NCBI GenBank assembly: GCA_963724295.1
Contig: CAVRUC010000007.1
Location: forward strand, 608,001-672,000
DNA length: 64,000 nucleotides
Direction of reading: 5' to 3'
From: an uncultured Chloroflexia bacterium
GTDB lineage: Bacteria > Chloroflexota > Chloroflexia > Thermomicrobiales > UBA6265
The position numbers and the translations under genes are program-made. Of the stretch, positions 61,751-64,000 are shown piece after piece (position 1 is the stretch's first letter; each line of letters starts with the position of its first letter). The notes beneath the pieces were generated by a model. The model was not told the DNA's origin. It did not search any database and saw nothing but the letters and a program-made list of their open reading frames with translations.

Positions 61751-62617
61751 TCAGGTTCGGGCTCGCGCCGCGCGGGCGGCCGCCAGCATCGTCTCCACCG
61801 GCGCGGGAGACCCGGTCCACAGCTCGAATGCGCGAGCACCCTGGTGCACCAGCATCGGCAGTCCGTCGACTGTCTTCAGCCCGCGCCCCTGCGCCGCCAG
61901 CAGCAGATCGGTGTCCCGGTAGGTCAGGTCGGCAACGAGGGCGCCGGCTGGCAGCAGTTCGAGGGTTGGCAACGCGATCGGCGTTTCGCCGGGATGCCAC
62001 CCGAGCGAGGTGGCATTGATGAGCAGGTCGGCGCGGGGAAGCTCCCGCGCCAGGAAATCTTCACCGAACCGCATCGGACGCACCGGTGCCGGAGCCAGCT
62101 CCCGCGCGAGCCGGGCCGCTCGTTCGGCGTCGCGGTTGGCGACCATGATCTCGCCGGCCCCCGCGGCTTCCAATGCCAGGACGACCGCCCGCGCCGCGCC
62201 CCCCGCGCCAAGGACAATCGCTAACTGAGGCGCGCGCCCGCCAAGACCATCGGCCACCGTGACGCCGAAACCGTAGATGTCGGTGTTGTCCCCGAACAGC
62301 GCGCCGCCGCGGTTGACGACGGTGTTGACCGCGCCGGCCCGACGCGCCGCCGGCGACACCTCGTCGAGCAGGTCCTTCACCGCGATCTTGTGCGGCACGG
62401 TGACGCTGGCGCCGAGGAATCCCGGCTCGCGCAGTCCCGCCACCCGGCTCTCCAGCTCAGCCGCGGTCGTATGCCAGCGCTCGTAGACCGCCGGAATGCC
62501 CAGCTGATCCAACGCCGGTTGGTGCAAAGCGGGCGAGAGGGAATGCGCGACGGGATCGCCGATTACGCCCAGCCGGTATGGACCGCCGGACGGGTCGAGC
62601 GTGGCCCGCTGCCCCAC
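61751..62617 (-). CDS. aroE: Shikimate dehydrogenase
   Basis: HSLSP..H, SVTVPHK, GAVNT, GDNTD, GAGGAARA, DGL.MLVHQG..AFELW. Confidence 0.95.
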   Translation of the reverse strand: MGQRATLDPSGGPYRLGVIGDPVAHSLSPALHQPALDQLGIPAVYERWHTTAAELESRVAGLREPGFLGASVTVPHKIAVKDLLDEVSPAARRAGAVNTVVNRGGALFGDNTDIYGFGVTVADGLGGRAPQLAIVLGAGGAARAVVLALEAAGAGEIMVANRDAERAARLARELAPAPVRPMRFGEDFLARELPRADLLINATSLGWHPGETPIALPTLELLPAGALVADLTYRDTDLLLAAQGRGLKTVDGLPMLVHQGARAFELWTGSPAPVETMLAAARAARART

Positions 62618-62621
62618 CCGC

Positions 62622-63743
62622 TTACCCGTCGCTGTTCAAGTAAGTCGCGACGTTTGCGTCCTGCTCTTCCTTGGTGACGGCGAAGGCATGTTCACCGGTG
62701 TCACCCTTGGCCACGAAGTACATGTATGGCGTGTCATCGGGGAAGAGCACCGCCTGGATGGAAGCGAACCCGGGGTTGGCGATCGGACCCGGTGGTAACC
62801 CATCTTTTTGATAGGTGTTGTACGGACTGTCGTAAAAGAGATCGTCTCCCGTCAGCTTTGGCCACCAATCGTCCGGGGTGCCAAGCGCGTACTGAACAGT
62901 TGGATCCGCGTCGAGCCGCCACCCCTGCTCCCAGCGGCTCAGGTAGATGTCCGCGATCGTCGGCCGCTCCTCGGGAATCTGCGCTTCCTTCTCGACGAGC
63001 GATGCAAGCGTGACGACGTCGTGGATCGTGAGCCCCATCTGCTGGGTTCTCTGTCGCATCTCCGGCGTGTACTTGTTGCCGAAGTTCGTCAGCATGGTGA
63101 CCACATTGACGACCGGGTCTTTTGCGTTGAACGTATAGGTATCGGGGAAGAGATACCCCTCGAGGCTGGCGTCAGCCGGCAGCCCCGCCAGGAAGTCGAA
63201 CTGCGAGCGGTCGATGCCCTTGACGGCGTCGAGGAATGCCTGCGTCCCACCTTCGCCGCCAAGCCGCGCGTATTCTTCCGCAATCTCTTCGATTCGCCAG
63301 CCCTCGGGGATGGTGATATCGAATGACTGCGGAGCGTTCGAAGCGGCCTCCGCGGGAGCCTCCTCCGCCGGCGCGGCTCCGGTGATGCGGTCCACGATCT
63401 GGGGGACGCTCATGCCCTTGCGCAAGGTGTATGTCCCCGGGATCAGGGCGCCGCCCGAGAGTTTGAACTGTCCCTGGAACAAGAGCGTCGATTTGATGAG
63501 CCCTTGCGACGCCAGCTCGTCGGCGATTTCGGCATCGGTCTGGTCCTCGAAGACGGTGAGCATGACGGTTTCGCCCGCGTCGCTGGGACGCGCGAGCTCC
63601 GCCGCGTAGGAGAACGCCCACACGCCCGTGGCGAGCACGACAACCGACAGAGCGGCAATAGTCACCACTTTGAGTGATTGGGTGAAGACACGCAACACGC
63701 TGTCGGAACCCTCCGCCTTAGAACGTGTCGAACGACCAGCCAA
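62622..63743 (-). CDS. mltG: Endolytic transglycosylase MltG
   Basis: TM anchor, TIPEG, LEGYLFPDTY, ASLVEKE, DPTVQY, SPYNTY...GLPPGPIANPG, YFVA. Confidence 0.95.
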   Translation of the reverse strand: MAGRSTRSKAEGSDSVLRVFTQSLKVVTIAALSVVVLATGVWAFSYAAELARPSDAGETVMLTVFEDQTDAEIADELASQGLIKSTLLFQGQFKLSGGALIPGTYTLRKGMSVPQIVDRITGAAPAEEAPAEAASNAPQSFDITIPEGWRIEEIAEEYARLGGEGGTQAFLDAVKGIDRSQFDFLAGLPADASLEGYLFPDTYTFNAKDPVVNVVTMLTNFGNKYTPEMRQRTQQMGLTIHDVVTLASLVEKEAQIPEERPTIADIYLSRWEQGWRLDADPTVQYALGTPDDWWPKLTGDDLFYDSPYNTYQKDGLPPGPIANPGFASIQAVLFPDDTPYMYFVAKGDTGEHAFAVTKEEQDANVATYLNSDG

Positions 63744-63802
63744 GCTAATGGTCGCACCTCGATGTCGTCATAATAGTTTCCGTGGCAGCGAGCAACAACC
63801 AG

Positions 63803-64000
63803 ATGGATCCGACTCAACAGACGGCGCGGCGGCAAGTAGCGCGGCCACGCATCGTCGTGGTTGCCGGTCCCACTGCCGTCGGCAAGACGGCTCTCGGCAT
63901 TGCGCTGGCCGAGGAATTCGATGGCGAAGTCGTCAACGCCGATTCGCGCTACCTCTATCAGGGGTTCGACATCGGGGTTGCCAAACCGGACCTCGCCGAG
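63803..64000 (+). CDS. miaA: tRNA dimethylallyltransferase, 5' partial
   Basis: VAGPTAVGKT, EVVNADSR.LY.G.DIG.AKP. Confidence 0.93.
   Translation, partial: MDPTQQTARRQVARPRIVVVAGPTAVGKTALGIALAEEFDGEVVNADSRYLYQGFDIGVAKPDLAE

Overview
High-GC bacterial chromosomal window. It is most likely Chloroflexota/Thermomicrobiales, inferred from the AQ(D/E)ATP-type signal peptides, paired ATPase-TPR regulators, Tat-type Cys-rich protein and overall gene set. Most of it is housekeeping: cinA, ybeY, yqeY, HIT, mutM, acnA, trmD, recO, a System II cytochrome c maturation operon (ccdA-resB-ccsA-tlpA), yvcK-gap-pgk-secG-tatA-lepB, dxs, rsmG, a coproporphyrin-route heme operon (hemC/D-hemB-chdC-hemE), tRNA-Lys(UUU), aroE, mltG and partial miaA. 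Small accessory islets lie at about 3.3-4.3, 22.7-25.7, 29.8-31.5 and 57.6-59.2 kb. The most interesting signals are: (i) the 22.7-25.7 kb segment, with a candidate ~180-nt rod-like ncRNA, a duplicated 28-bp element, an ssDNA-promoter-like long hairpin and an orphan PD-(D/E)xK-like nuclease bracketed by TAGAGC motifs; (ii) a stand-alone NuoE/NuoF-like pair with Gly at the Glu position linked to NADH/NADPH discrimination; (iii) a modular 38-Cys secreted protein. About ten single-base frameshifts in short homopolymer runs, including one in rsmG, suggest long-read assembly errors, so split genes should not be assumed to be pseudogenes. No CRISPR array, integrase or intact transposase was seen.
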